IMG/VR virus record: IMGVR_UViG_3300028914_000059
Span: 1 to 64,000 of that record
From: a virus
Lineage: Duplodnaviria > Caudoviricetes
Length of the DNA: 64,000 nucleotides
Strand: one strand, 5' to 3'
Numbering within the stretch: the stretch's first letter is position 1; every line of letters begins with the position of its first letter. Below are positions 9,798-19,437 of this stretch, in pieces. The position numbers were made by a program, and so were the translations under genes. Under the pieces are notes generated by a model. The model was not told the origin of the DNA, did not search any database, and saw only the letters and a program-made list of their open reading frames with translations.

Positions 9798-10149
9798 GTG
9801 AATTTTGATTCTTGAAAATTTTGTACTCAGTCGGGATTAATTTTTACCTAGTATTATTTCTACAAAAGGTTCTAGCCCAAGCTCATTTTTCGTATGAGTC
9901 GAGGAAAAAGGAAAAAATGGCATTTGTAAAACTATATAAGGTATATTATATAAAAAAAAATTAAAAAATAAAATAAAAAAATCTCTAATATACTTATATG
10001 GTTGTAAAATAGGGTAAAATTCCTCGTGCATAGAACTCAACTAATCTATTCTTTATTTTTTATCTGTTTCTTACCCTTTCGTAGTGGGTATAAGAGTATT
10101 GTTAGGCAATCTCGACCGAGTACAAAATTTTCCAAAACGCAAATTCACA
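9797..10149. repeat. Nested inverted repeats around an A-rich core (candidate replication origin)
   Basis: 42-bp arms 9797-9838 and 10108-10149 (35/42 match); CGAGGAA/TTCCTCG at 9900/10020; ~18-bp inner arms near 9929-9947 and 9985-10002; A-run core. Confidence 0.7.
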
Positions 10150-10264
10150 TTTACCCCTCTATATATGATGAACAGGCCCTGAGAAGGAGTTCGCTGTTAA
10201 TGGGCTTCTCAGAAGTCGTTTGTAAAAGTGGGTATTTTTCGAGTGAGAATTTTTCACTAAAAAA

Positions 10265-10298
10265 CATGAAGATTTTAAAATCTTCATGAAGATCTTCA
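10265..10298. promoter_or_regulatory. Perfect 24-bp palindrome with overlapping TGAAGAT/ATCTTCA half-sites
   Basis: CATGAAGATTTTAAAATCTTCATG at 10265-10288, then TGAAGATCTTCA at 10287-10298. Confidence 0.6.
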
Positions 10299-10314
10299 AG
10301 TTGGAGGTAGAATT

Positions 10315-10476
10315 GTGTACATCTGTCCTAGTTGTAAATATGTTGTTCTCTGCTGCCAGACGCTTTGCCCAAGGTGTGGCACAGAGATGGTTAAATTAGT
10401 TGGGCATTCACCCGCTGTTCCATCTAAAAAAATATACCCAAGGAGGAAAACAAATGGGAACAAAACTGGACGTTAG
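10315..10476 (+). CDS. Small zinc-ribbon protein (53 aa, absent from ORF track)
   Basis: GGAGG SD at 10303, GTG start, MYICPSCKYVVLCCQTLCPRCGTEM... Confidence 0.7.
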   Translation: MYICPSCKYVVLCCQTLCPRCGTEMVKLVGHSPAVPSKKIYPRRKTNGNKTGR

Positions 10477-12322
10477 ACTGACACCTATAACATCTAGCGT
10501 TAAGAATCTGCTAACTATCACGGAGTCCACTACAAAGCAGTACAAGTCATTTCTGTCTGCTATGATAACTGTCCCCTCCATGATACTAACAAAGACGGAG
10601 CTTTATAAGAAACCCGCAGACTTCTTTGATATGGCGGCACTTTACTGCTTGTCCAAGAATTGTAAGGTTTCTAATATATGGATGCTTCCAGACGAGGAAC
10701 ATATGGAAGTTGATATATATTATATAATGGGGACAGTTCAGGCTGTTCTCAGAGTAGACGTGTGCTCTCTGGTTCCGGAAGAATTACAGAAGGATAAGCA
10801 CAGTCTGATGACCTGGTATATGTATACTATTACATGTCTTACATATTTCAGTCAGGGCAGAACCTTCTTTGTCCACATAGATGACGACGAAAAGCTGAAG
10901 GCTGCTCAGCAGAGATATGCTGAAGGCAAGTGCGTTCTTCCATGTAATGAATATACTTACCTGTTATGTCTGGGTGATATGCCTAAAGGTGATTTCAGCA
11001 TATCTGATAATCTGTTACAACCTGCTGGGGCCGGAGATGGCTTCCTGACAGTAAAGACTGCAAACAAGCCGATAACAGAATTACCTGCGGTTGATCTTAA
11101 TGGCCTGGAAGACAGATTGTATGATCTCTTCGTTTATCAGATGGAAACCCAGAAGCTGGTAGGGGCAGACACAGAAACTACCGGTCTGGATATCTTCACG
11201 GCAGATCTGGTCAGCCTGGGGCTCTGCTTTAATACCAGAATAGGCTTCTATGTAAGCGTGAAACATACACCTCCTCGTCAGAGGAAGCTGGTTGACTCGT
11301 CTACAGGATTTATTCCTGCTCTTGTATCTCTCCGCAGGAGATTTGAGTTGGCAGGTGGTCTTCAGTATGTAGGTAAACGCGGCGACTCCACTAAGAACAT
11401 ATCCCATGATATGCTAATGGTAATAACCAACAAGCTGAAGACTATGGATTCGATATGGCACAATGCCAAATTCGACTTTAACATAATGCTAAGCAATACC
11501 GGTATCAGACTGCCAATATGGCTGGATACAATGATAGCTCACTATGTTACCAGACCTGGAAATGGGATCAAGGGTGACATGCGTCGTAGTTTGAAGATAG
11601 TAGCCTGTAAAGAACTGGGCGTGCCAGGGTGGGCTATCGACATAGTAAAGTGCCAGGCCGAAGACAAAGATCTGGTGGCAGCATACAACGCCCGTGATAC
11701 TTGCTATATGCTTGGTCTCGCTTTTGTTATGGCTCCTGATATAGCTGAACATTATGACCTCATATTCAATATAGAAATGAAGTACTTACCTATATTGTGT
11801 ATGGCTGAACGCATAGGAATCAGGCTTGATGTAAAACAGCTCAAAGCTATTGAAACTGACCTGAGGGCAAAAGCCGATGCTATTAAAGCAGAATTCGAGG
11901 CTATGTTTGATCCTAAGGAAAAGTTCAACATCAACTCTAATGATATGCTGAAGGATTTGTTCTACAACAGATGGGGGATTATCCCGCCAAGGAAATGTAA
12001 GACATGTGGTGTTCGTCACCAGCAGCCTCATTTCAAGTGTGTAAATCCTCAGTGTTCTGAGTTTAATAAGGAGGATTCAGCCCCTATGGAATTCACAACA
12101 CCATCTGGTGAACCAAGCATGGATAAGTATGTTCTGGATGCATTGATGCAGGCTGGTGTAGAAAAGGCCAAAGATCTTAAGGAGTATAAACTTGCTAATA
12201 AGTTGATTACTTCTTACTGTACTCTTGATAAGATGATCAGTCCTTACGATAGGATGATACATCCACAATATAATCAAGCACAAACTGAGACGGGGAGGCT
12301 TAGTTCCTCCAAACCAAACTTT
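10454..12322 (+). CDS. polA: DNA polymerase family A, exon 1 (3'-5' exonuclease and thumb)
   Basis: AGGAGG SD; DTET, HNAKFD, YNARD exonuclease motifs; ends TGRLSSSKPNF. Confidence 0.9.
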
Positions 12323-12416
12323 CAATTATATGCCTAAATTGATGGAAGTTTTAAAATATGGTGAATTGCTGGAACCTCCTAAAGACTCTATACTACAGCA
12401 AAATTAGAAATGATAC

Positions 12417-12445
12417 TTGCGAAAGTTAGAAAAATAGAGTATACT
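12417..12445 (+). promoter_or_regulatory. Intron-internal sigma70-like promoter TTGCGA-N17-TATACT
   Basis: Upstream of the endonuclease SD (AGGAG at 12467). Confidence 0.55.
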
Positions 12446-12480
12446 ATAGGTAGTATTATGAATGTTAGGAGCCTATAGAA

Positions 12481-13161
12481 ATGGACAATCAGCAGCTACA
12501 ATCCTTAACTGAAAGAAAAATGTTATTATCCAAGAATGCTTATTTTGGTGATGGTACTTTATGGAAGCATCCTGAGTGTAAGAATTATAAAGTTATTTAT
12601 ACTTCTACAACACCAGAACTGTTGGAAGCAAAAAGAATTGTATGTCCAGAGATATTTAAAACTGGTGTTAAATTTCAGGATTTAACAAAGCATGCCAGTG
12701 GAAGGTATCCAAATGCCAAGCCTTTATATAGACTAGCATCCACTGTGGATTCTATAATAACAGATGTTAAAAATACTCCGCATTCTGTCCTTTTAGAATC
12801 TCTTACTTTGGACGACCTGGCTTTATGGTATCTGGATGACGGGTCTACTATCTTAAGGAAAGATTCGAATTACGGATATACGAGATCTTTCCTATTTATA
12901 GGTAATGCCTGCAACTCAGATGAGTATACTGAGATATTCAAATCTAGAATAAGCTCTATATTTAATACTGATATTATAGGCACTGTAAAAAGACATACTC
13001 CGTTCACCTCTGACAATAATAAAGTGTGGGTAATCCCTATAAACATAGCTAGAGTAATACTTAAAGAAGCTTCTAAGTATAATGTACTAAAACATAAATT
13101 TCCAGAATGGATTGAGTTCAGAGATCATTCCCACGGGGAAGTAGGGCTCAAGGGTAAATGA
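12481..13161 (+). CDS. Intron-encoded LAGLIDADG homing endonuclease
   Basis: AYFGDGTL and LALWYLDDG motifs; located inside the intron. Confidence 0.8.
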   Translation: MDNQQLQSLTERKMLLSKNAYFGDGTLWKHPECKNYKVIYTSTTPELLEAKRIVCPEIFKTGVKFQDLTKHASGRYPNAKPLYRLASTVDSIITDVKNTPHSVLLESLTLDDLALWYLDDGSTILRKDSNYGYTRSFLFIGNACNSDEYTEIFKSRISSIFNTDIIGTVKRHTPFTSDNNKVWVIPINIARVILKEASKYNVLKHKFPEWIEFRDHSHGEVGLKGK

Positions 13162-13268
13162 GTCCGAAGCGCCATAGCTGGTGGAGGAAACTCCACCTCC
13201 ATGATATGATCCGACCTTACTGGAAACAGTAAGAGAGTATTCAACCCTGAGTACTCGTAACACTAGTG

Positions 13269-14390
13269 CAACAATTACCAAAGAAGGCTGGTAAGTATAT
13301 GAGAAAATGCTTTACTGGTAAACCAGGTTATTGCATAATCTCTGCAGACTATGCCGGCCAGGAAATAAGAATACTTGCAGCTCATACAAGGGACGAAAAG
13401 CTTATCAGAGCTTATAATCCATGCTATCACTGCGAGCACAACCAAGGAGGTAAAGGCCTGTATAAAGTGCCAAACTGCCCATTCGAAGATCATAGTGAAG
13501 GTTCTCAGTGCAATACTGTTGATATTCATAGTTATATAACCAAGCAGGTCTATCACGACAAGATCAATGTCCCAATAGAACAGATCAAGAATGTTCCGGA
13601 GTTCAACAGAATGAGAAGTATCTGTAAATCTGTCACTTTTGGTCTGGCATATGGAAGTACTGCTGTAGGTCTGGCTAACTCTACCGGTATACCTCTGAAT
13701 GAAGCCAAGGAAGTCATGCACACATACTTCAGTACTTTCCCAACTATTAAGGATTACATTGAGAAATGTCAGTTGTATGTGGACAAGTATGGCGAGCTGG
13801 TGGATATGGTAGGCAGAAAGAGACTCTTTAAGTTTGCCGGTTGGAGCATACCAAGCAAGGCAAATACTTATTATTCTGGCACAGCTGAAAATGAACGCGG
13901 GTTCCATTATCCTGAAAGGATGTTTGCCAAGGAAGTAAGAAAGAATCTCAGGGAAGCTACCAACTTCCCTATCCAGGGATTGGCCGCCTCAATGACAAAG
14001 ATAGCTGCTATAAATATCGACAGGATGTTCCGTGAGGCGCAGCTGGATGCGTGGTTGATTGAGTTCGTCCATGATGAAGTTGTCGTTACCTGCCCTAAGG
14101 ACGAGGACACTATCAGACGAGTCATAGATATAATCACAGAGGGAATGGAGAAGAGTATCGACATTCCATCTCACTGTATAAAGAATCATCCATTAGGGTG
14201 GTCATGGCCTGATTATATTCCTATGAAGGTTGAAGTAGAAGTTGGCGATTCTTATGGTTCTATCATGGAGCCAGAAGAGTATTACAAGCAACTGAACGCT
14301 GAAGAAGCTGCTCTGGCAATTCCAGTCACACATGAAGTAGAATTGCTTGACGACGACGAAAGTGAACAGTTCGGTGTAGAGACTATATAA
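13269..14390 (+). CDS. polA: DNA polymerase family A, exon 2 (palm and fingers)
   Basis: Motif A ADYAGQEIR, motif B RSICKSVTFGLAYG, NFPIQG, motif C VHDE. Confidence 0.9.
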   Translation, partial: QQLPKKAGKYMRKCFTGKPGYCIISADYAGQEIRILAAHTRDEKLIRAYNPCYHCEHNQGGKGLYKVPNCPFEDHSEGSQCNTVDIHSYITKQVYHDKINVPIEQIKNVPEFNRMRSICKSVTFGLAYGSTAVGLANSTGIPLNEAKEVMHTYFSTFPTIKDYIEKCQLYVDKYGELVDMVGRKRLFKFAGWSIPSKANTYYSGTAENERGFHYPERMFAKEVRKNLREATNFPIQGLAASMTKIAAINIDRMFREAQLDAWLIEFVHDEVVVTCPKDEDTIRRVIDIITEGMEKSIDIPSHCIKNHPLGWSWPDYIPMKVEVEVGDSYGSIMEPEEYYKQLNAEEAALAIPVTHEVELLDDDESEQFGVETI

Positions 14391-14396
14391 TAAGCG

Positions 14397-14426
14397 AAAA
14401 CCCCCGGTGTAAAAATCGGGGGTTCT
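14397..14426. terminator. Terminator hairpin between convergent genes
   Basis: AACCCCCGGT/ATCGGGGGTT stem with flanking AAAA. Confidence 0.65.
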
Positions 14427-14466
14427 CAAGGAGTGAGTGAGAGTGAAGTTGAGGAAATTCGGAGGT

Positions 14467-14928
14467 TTAGAAGTTTCCTTTAGATTGGAAAGCTGCCCAG
14501 CCACCACCACCGACATTAGGCATAAAGGCGTTGAAGGCTTGAGTGCCTAGTCGTTTTATGTTATCCCAGGCCGACGGCTGTGATTGAACAGCAGGAGCCT
14601 GAGTTTGAGCATTTGCAGCTTGTGGTTGGGCTTTAGCTTGAGGAGCAGTTTGAGTAGCCTGAGCCTGTGGGGCTGGGGCACTCACTGTAGGGACGTTATT
14701 TGTCACCTGTGTTAAACCGTTTGCTACATTCTGATTCAATGCAGGCATTGCAACGGCCGGGGCTTGACCCGAACCGCTGATCTTAGGTAACTTACTGCCG
14801 GCAACTGATGGTGCTCCACCGGTTGGGTTTGGTATACCTCTTGCTGCAGCATATCTGGACATAGCCGCCAGTTTTATACAGGAGGCTTTATATATGTCAT
14901 GAGCTAAATTGTGCATTAAGTCGTTCAT
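14467..14928 (-). CDS. Ala/Gln/Pro-rich putative virion internal protein with KLA leader
   Basis: MNDLMHNLAHDIYKASCIKLAA leader similar to 43514 and 43956; has its own promoter. Confidence 0.6.
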   Translation of the reverse strand: MNDLMHNLAHDIYKASCIKLAAMSRYAAARGIPNPTGGAPSVAGSKLPKISGSGQAPAVAMPALNQNVANGLTQVTNNVPTVSAPAPQAQATQTAPQAKAQPQAANAQTQAPAVQSQPSAWDNIKRLGTQAFNAFMPNVGGGGWAAFQSKGNF

Positions 14929-14935
14929 ACATAAT

Positions 14936-14964
14936 ATAATACAACCTTTGGGTATAAGCGTCAA
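14936..14964 (-). promoter_or_regulatory. sigma70-like promoter TTGACG-N17-TATTAT, overlapping plus-strand GGTATAAG (14951-14958)
   Basis: Direct sequence match. Confidence 0.65.
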
Positions 14965-14988
14965 GTAAATAAACTAAGGAGGACTCAT

Positions 14989-16526
14989 ATGCTAAAAATA
15001 AAAGTTACGATAAGTAATTATATCACACTTCATGACGTGGGTCCGTTACACCCCGCCATGATTGAACTGCTTAGAGAGGTTGGTCAGTGGAAGAATCCAG
15101 ACTATTACAGAAACCGTTCTCTAAATCTGAGCAACTATAAAACACCATTGTGGATAAAGGCCAGAGTTTTGAAGATAAGACCTGACAATACCAGGGACCT
15201 TGTTTATGAACGAGGCTTGTGGAAAAATATTGTTACTGCAGTAAATGCTTTTAATATTATGGCTGAAGTTAAGGGTTGGGAGCAGGTGCAGTTGTGCCCC
15301 AAAATGCAGACCATAAGCTGCCCTGTTAAGTTCCCGCCATTCAAACTTACCATGGAAGATTATCAGCAGTCTTCTATAGATAAGGTCATGGATCCTAAGA
15401 CACCATTCCAGGGGATAATAAGTTACCCACCGGGTGGTGGAAAAACCATTGCTGCAGCTAAGATTTTATCACTGTTGAACCAGAGAACTTTAGTGCTTGT
15501 TCATACTGCTGCTCTGGCTACACAGTGGGTTGACGCTCTTACTAAGAAGTGTTTTGGTAAGGCTATCAGTGTATCTAAGGTAAACGGTACTAAGAAGGAC
15601 TTTTCAGGTAAGCACGTAGTTGTTGCTACAGTGCAGACTATGAAGAAACTGATGAGTGATACTGAAAAGTATTCAGACCAGGTACCAGAAGTATTAAAGG
15701 ATTTTGGATGCGTCATATTAGATGAGTGTCACCATTCCTCTGCACCCTCCTTTATGGAGGTTGTAGGTAAATCTCCAGCTTTACGAAGGTATGGTCTATC
15801 TGCATCGCTTAAACGCAGAGATGGCAAACAGTTCCTTATGGGAGCTGTTTTCGGTAAAGTGATTGTGAAGCTGGGGTATAAGGACATTGTTAACAGGCTC
15901 TCCCTCCCTTCTGTTATGAAGGTGGAAGTTCCGGAACCAGTTACGTGGACTCCTGAAAACTTTTACGTATATAGACGCGCGAAGAATGGCAGTATAGGCG
16001 ACCGTGAAATTTTCTTAGATTACACGTCACTGTTCAGGTGGATGTCTGAATGTCCGGAACGAAACAGACTCATTGAAAATATTATAGAAGAATGCATTGC
16101 AAGCCCCACAAACTATACATTGGTTCTGGTCAAGCAGAGGCAGCATGCAGAAATTCTATACAATACTTTCAAAGATAGAGTTCCTTCAGGTCTTCTTATG
16201 GTGGAGGCACCACCAGTTATCTCAGAGAAAAAGACGAGATATTGAAGAAGGCTAACAGGGGAGAGATAAGGCTTATATTCGGGACCAGCATAGCTGATGA
16301 AGGCTTGGACATAGCCAGACTCAACCGGTTAATACTAACTGCCCCTACCTCATTTGATGAGTTGCTTAGGCAACGGGTCGGCAGGATTGCCAGAGCTATC
16401 GAAGGCAAGACTCCACCATTAGTATACGACCTTGTGGATGATTATATACCAGAGCTTAGAACCAGCTGGCAGGCCCGAGAAAAATTTTACAATTCCCTCG
16501 AAATGGAAATATTCGGGGAAGATTAA
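14989..16526 (+). CDS. Superfamily 2 (DExH) helicase split by a one-base frame break (14989..16245 and 16242..16526)
   Basis: PPGGGKT, DECHH, SAS in the first ORF; DEGLD and QRVGRIAR (motifs V and VI) in the -1 frame. Confidence 0.85.
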
Positions 16527-16536
16527 GGAGGCTATA

Positions 16537-17265
16537 ATGCCAAAGAAACCAACAAAGAAAAAGTCCTCGGCTAAACCAGAAGCATCGAAGTTTCCAGTAA
16601 GATTTTTTGCTGGAATGAAAGAAGCAACCATTAATGGGTTTGCTAAAATTGGTCCGGCTAAGAAAACTATGGGTTACTTTAACGGTCCACGTCGAAAAGA
16701 AATAGTGGAACGTTTAGTAAACATAGTACTGTCAAAATCAGAGGGTGTAGATCAAACTGTAGTTTATGAAGAAACATTAAAGCAGATATGGGGTTTAGAA
16801 AAAACAAATAATCCTGATATATTTGCTACGTGTATGAAGAAATCTACAGAATTGACTAAAGTTGAACAGGCTTTAGTTAAGACATACTGTGCTGCCATAG
16901 AACTTCTTGCAAAAGATTTGACTAAGTCCTTGTGCGAATCAGTAAAACATTGCGTAAACAAGAGAATTAAACTTGGTCAGAACGAAGCAGTTGATAAAGT
17001 GGTTGGCATTAATGAACCTAACCCATCAAAGAAAGCATATTTGAGATGCTTCAAATATCTAGAAGAACTTGAACAGGAACATTGGTATGCTAACAGAGTT
17101 CGTATGGCTGAAGGCGCTTCTGCTCCTCTCGGAGAAATGTTTACTGCTTTGTCCGGTGATAAAGATAAATTCAAGAAAACTGCTAAAGCCCAGATGTGTC
17201 CTAACATGGTTAAGCTAGCCGCCTACCAGCGTATGATGCAGAAGGGGTCAGGTATAACTAAGTAA
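16537..17265 (+). CDS. Hypothetical basic protein
   Basis: AGGAGG SD before ATG 16537 (MPKKPTKK). Confidence 0.7.
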   Translation: MPKKPTKKKSSAKPEASKFPVRFFAGMKEATINGFAKIGPAKKTMGYFNGPRRKEIVERLVNIVLSKSEGVDQTVVYEETLKQIWGLEKTNNPDIFATCMKKSTELTKVEQALVKTYCAAIELLAKDLTKSLCESVKHCVNKRIKLGQNEAVDKVVGINEPNPSKKAYLRCFKYLEELEQEHWYANRVRMAEGASAPLGEMFTALSGDKDKFKKTAKAQMCPNMVKLAAYQRMMQKGSGITK

Positions 17266-17297
17266 ACTACTTTCTGAAATAGTATATTCATATTTGG

Positions 17298-17333
17298 GGA
17301 GGGTGAATAAATTTATTCGCCCTCTTTCTTTTT
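17298..17333 (+). terminator. Intrinsic terminator
   Basis: GAGGGTGAATAA/TTATTCGCCCTC stem plus TTTCTTTTT. Confidence 0.7.
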
Positions 17334-17359
17334 ACCTGTAAATATTGTATACTGTCCTT

Positions 17360-17992
17360 ATGATATTAGCCATAGACCAATCATACTCAGGAACAGGTGT
17401 AGCCTATATTTCAGCTGATGGGCAGGTTCAATCGGCTCTTATAAAAACCTCCCCGAATTTCAGTTGGGAAGAACGTATGGATTATATTATAGGTGTCCTG
17501 GATAGCTACTTTGATCTGAGTGCTTTGGATAGTATAGATAACCCGTCCCCAATAGAACATGTAGTTATAGAGAGCTATGCCTTTGCCAGTACCAATTCTC
17601 AAATATTCCAACTGGGTGAATTGGGTGGTGTGTTAAAATATCACTTCCACTCAAAGGGTGTAGATGTAGTTACAATGCTGATAGCTCACCCTAAGATGTT
17701 TATGGCTGGCAACGGACAGGCTACAAAGTCTCAGGTAATGAATGGTCTGTATGGCAGATTCGGAATAAGAGAACGGGATGATAATGTAGCAGATGCTATA
17801 AGTATAGGTCTTACCTATAGATATTATCTTATGTGGAAATCAGGAACCTGGAAAGCTAATGGCTATCTGGGCACATTAATGGTAAAGGTGGATAGTTACT
17901 TAAATGGAAAACAGCCAGAATCAAAGCCCAAAAGAAAATCAGTTGAGAGCTGTAAGCGAACTGCTCTACAAATTCGGCCAGAAAATTTTTGA
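17360..17992 (+). CDS. ruvC: RuvC-like Holliday junction resolvase
   Basis: ILAIDQS, VVIES, GNGQATK, DDNVADA. Confidence 0.85.
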   Translation: MILAIDQSYSGTGVAYISADGQVQSALIKTSPNFSWEERMDYIIGVLDSYFDLSALDSIDNPSPIEHVVIESYAFASTNSQIFQLGELGGVLKYHFHSKGVDVVTMLIAHPKMFMAGNGQATKSQVMNGLYGRFGIRERDDNVADAISIGLTYRYYLMWKSGTWKANGYLGTLMVKVDSYLNGKQPESKPKRKSVESCKRTALQIRPENF

Positions 17993-18200
17993 GGATGAGC
18001 ACCCTACTCTTATAAAGATTCGTGCTATGGCGGATAAAGAGGCGGAAGTACTCTGCAATATAATGAATGCCTATACTACTGCAACATTGATATCAATGCA
18101 CACAGCAACTAAAGAGGCTTTATTGAAATCTATGGTGAAGGTGTTGGAAGATAGCGGTAAAGCTGTCCTTCTTCAATTCAGAGAAAGTGTCAAAGCTTGA
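17904..18200 (+). CDS. Hypothetical protein
   Basis: ORF overlapping the ruvC end; AGGTGG upstream. Confidence 0.5.
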   Translation: MENSQNQSPKENQLRAVSELLYKFGQKIFEDEHPTLIKIRAMADKEAEVLCNIMNAYTTATLISMHTATKEALLKSMVKVLEDSGKAVLLQFRESVKA

Positions 18201-18574
18201 AATACTCTTGAGCATAATTCCTGAGTATCTATATGTTTTACTGATTTTCTAGACGACAGGACAAAGCTGGAGAACAAGTATTCTTTTTCATTACCTGACA
18301 GATTATATACGGTGTCTTCGACCGATAGTACAGACGGAAGAGTTTCAGCAACAATTCCCTCCAGTTTGTTACGGCCCGGTATTTTTTTATCTATTATTAT
18401 ATTCAGATGAATAATATTAAGATCTTCGTCTTTAACGCATTCCATTGAAACCGGATCTTCTATCATTACATAAGTAATAAGCCCGTGAACAGCCTTATTT
18501 TTTATAAGACTCCTCAACTCTTCTTCATTTTCTGATTTTTTACCTGAAATTGGTTCTATGTAATATTGTTCCAT
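18173..18574 (-). CDS. Hypothetical protein
   Basis: 133-aa ORF at the end of the tail operon. Confidence 0.6.
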   Translation of the reverse strand: MEQYYIEPISGKKSENEEELRSLIKNKAVHGLITYVMIEDPVSMECVKDEDLNIIHLNIIIDKKIPGRNKLEGIVAETLPSVLSVEDTVYNLSGNEKEYLFSSFVLSSRKSVKHIDTQELCSRVFQALTLSLN

Positions 18575-18582
18575 ATGTTATT

Positions 18583-18607
18583 AAAAAGGGCGGGATAAAC
18601 CCGCCCT
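18583..18607 (-). terminator. Intrinsic terminator after tail tube gene
   Basis: AGGGCGGG/CCCGCCCT stem with TTTTT on the minus strand. Confidence 0.75.
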
Positions 18608-18613
18608 GTCTTA

Positions 18614-19423
18614 TCAAGCCTGAGACCGTGTTCTATTTACTACGCTTTCAGTAGTAGAGGACTGATATGTCCCTACTCTGACGTTTACCTTAATAGGTAA
18701 TACTCTGTCGCATCTGATGGAGCATCCTTCAGCTACGATTACTGAGTTTGCACTGATATTCATCATATGGTTCTGAATATAGCATTCTTCAAGATATACA
18801 GCGGCGACATCTCTGTGGTCGTTGTCTTTCCAGAATATTACCAGACCCATTGGATGACTGAATACATCAGAAGCAAGATTCATCCAGAAGTTATTGTAAC
18901 CTGGAATTGTCTTGAACCCCTGGTTATACTGATCTGGATTACCCATCTGTATTGGCTGAGTACCATGAGCAGAGCCTTCAAGCTTTTCGTTGTCACGATA
19001 TTCGTTTTCAGTTCCCTGCCAAGAATCGTGATTGGTTGGGTAATAAGCATACAGAGTTCTTAAAAGGTTTGGACCTTTATACATAACTCTGTTAATGCTT
19101 AACTGAGTCATGGTTCTAGCACTCATGATGTAGCTTCTGGTAGAACCAATTTCGAATATCTGTGCCAGCTGACGATCCTGCTGAACACCGGCGCTGTCTA
19201 TTACACCTATAGGAATAGCATAGGCGGCGGAGCCGGTAGTGCTACCGTCTCCCTGGTCGTAGCCGTAGTCTTTGAATCCGCCGGCAAGATCACTTGCTCT
19301 TGGTGCTGTAGCACATATTATGGTACTGTGGGAACCAATGAAGTCCCCACCTTGAAGGTTATTCTGAACATGCTTGGACGCGAAATCCCATGTAGCTAGA
19401 TTAGTTGTGGCTTCTACTGACAT
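18614..19423 (-). CDS. Tail tube protein
   Basis: PIGVID..GVQQDR....IFEIGS pattern; directly follows the sheath gene. Confidence 0.7.
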   Translation of the reverse strand: MSVEATTNLATWDFASKHVQNNLQGGDFIGSHSTIICATAPRASDLAGGFKDYGYDQGDGSTTGSAAYAIPIGVIDSAGVQQDRQLAQIFEIGSTRSYIMSARTMTQLSINRVMYKGPNLLRTLYAYYPTNHDSWQGTENEYRDNEKLEGSAHGTQPIQMGNPDQYNQGFKTIPGYNNFWMNLASDVFSHPMGLVIFWKDNDHRDVAAVYLEECYIQNHMMNISANSVIVAEGCSIRCDRVLPIKVNVRVGTYQSSTTESVVNRTRSQA

Positions 19424-19437
19424 AGTTTATCTCCTTA

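Larger units (their letters stand above)
12323..13268 (+). mobile_element. Group I intron (946 nt) in the DNA polymerase gene
   Basis: Exon ends in U and intron ends in G; P1 AAACUUU/GGAAGUUU; P AATTGCTGGAA, Q AATCAGCAG, R GTTCAGAGATCA, S ATGATATGATCC; splicing restores SSSKPNF-QQLP in frame. Confidence 0.9.

Noticed and set aside
9586-10289. Short ORFs 9586..9801, 9837..10040 and 10026..10289
   Set aside because: Low-complexity translations across a terminator and the inverted-repeat element, with no SD
12338-13265. Intein or genuinely split polymerase genes
   Set aside because: In-frame stops and group I P, Q, R, S elements indicate RNA splicing
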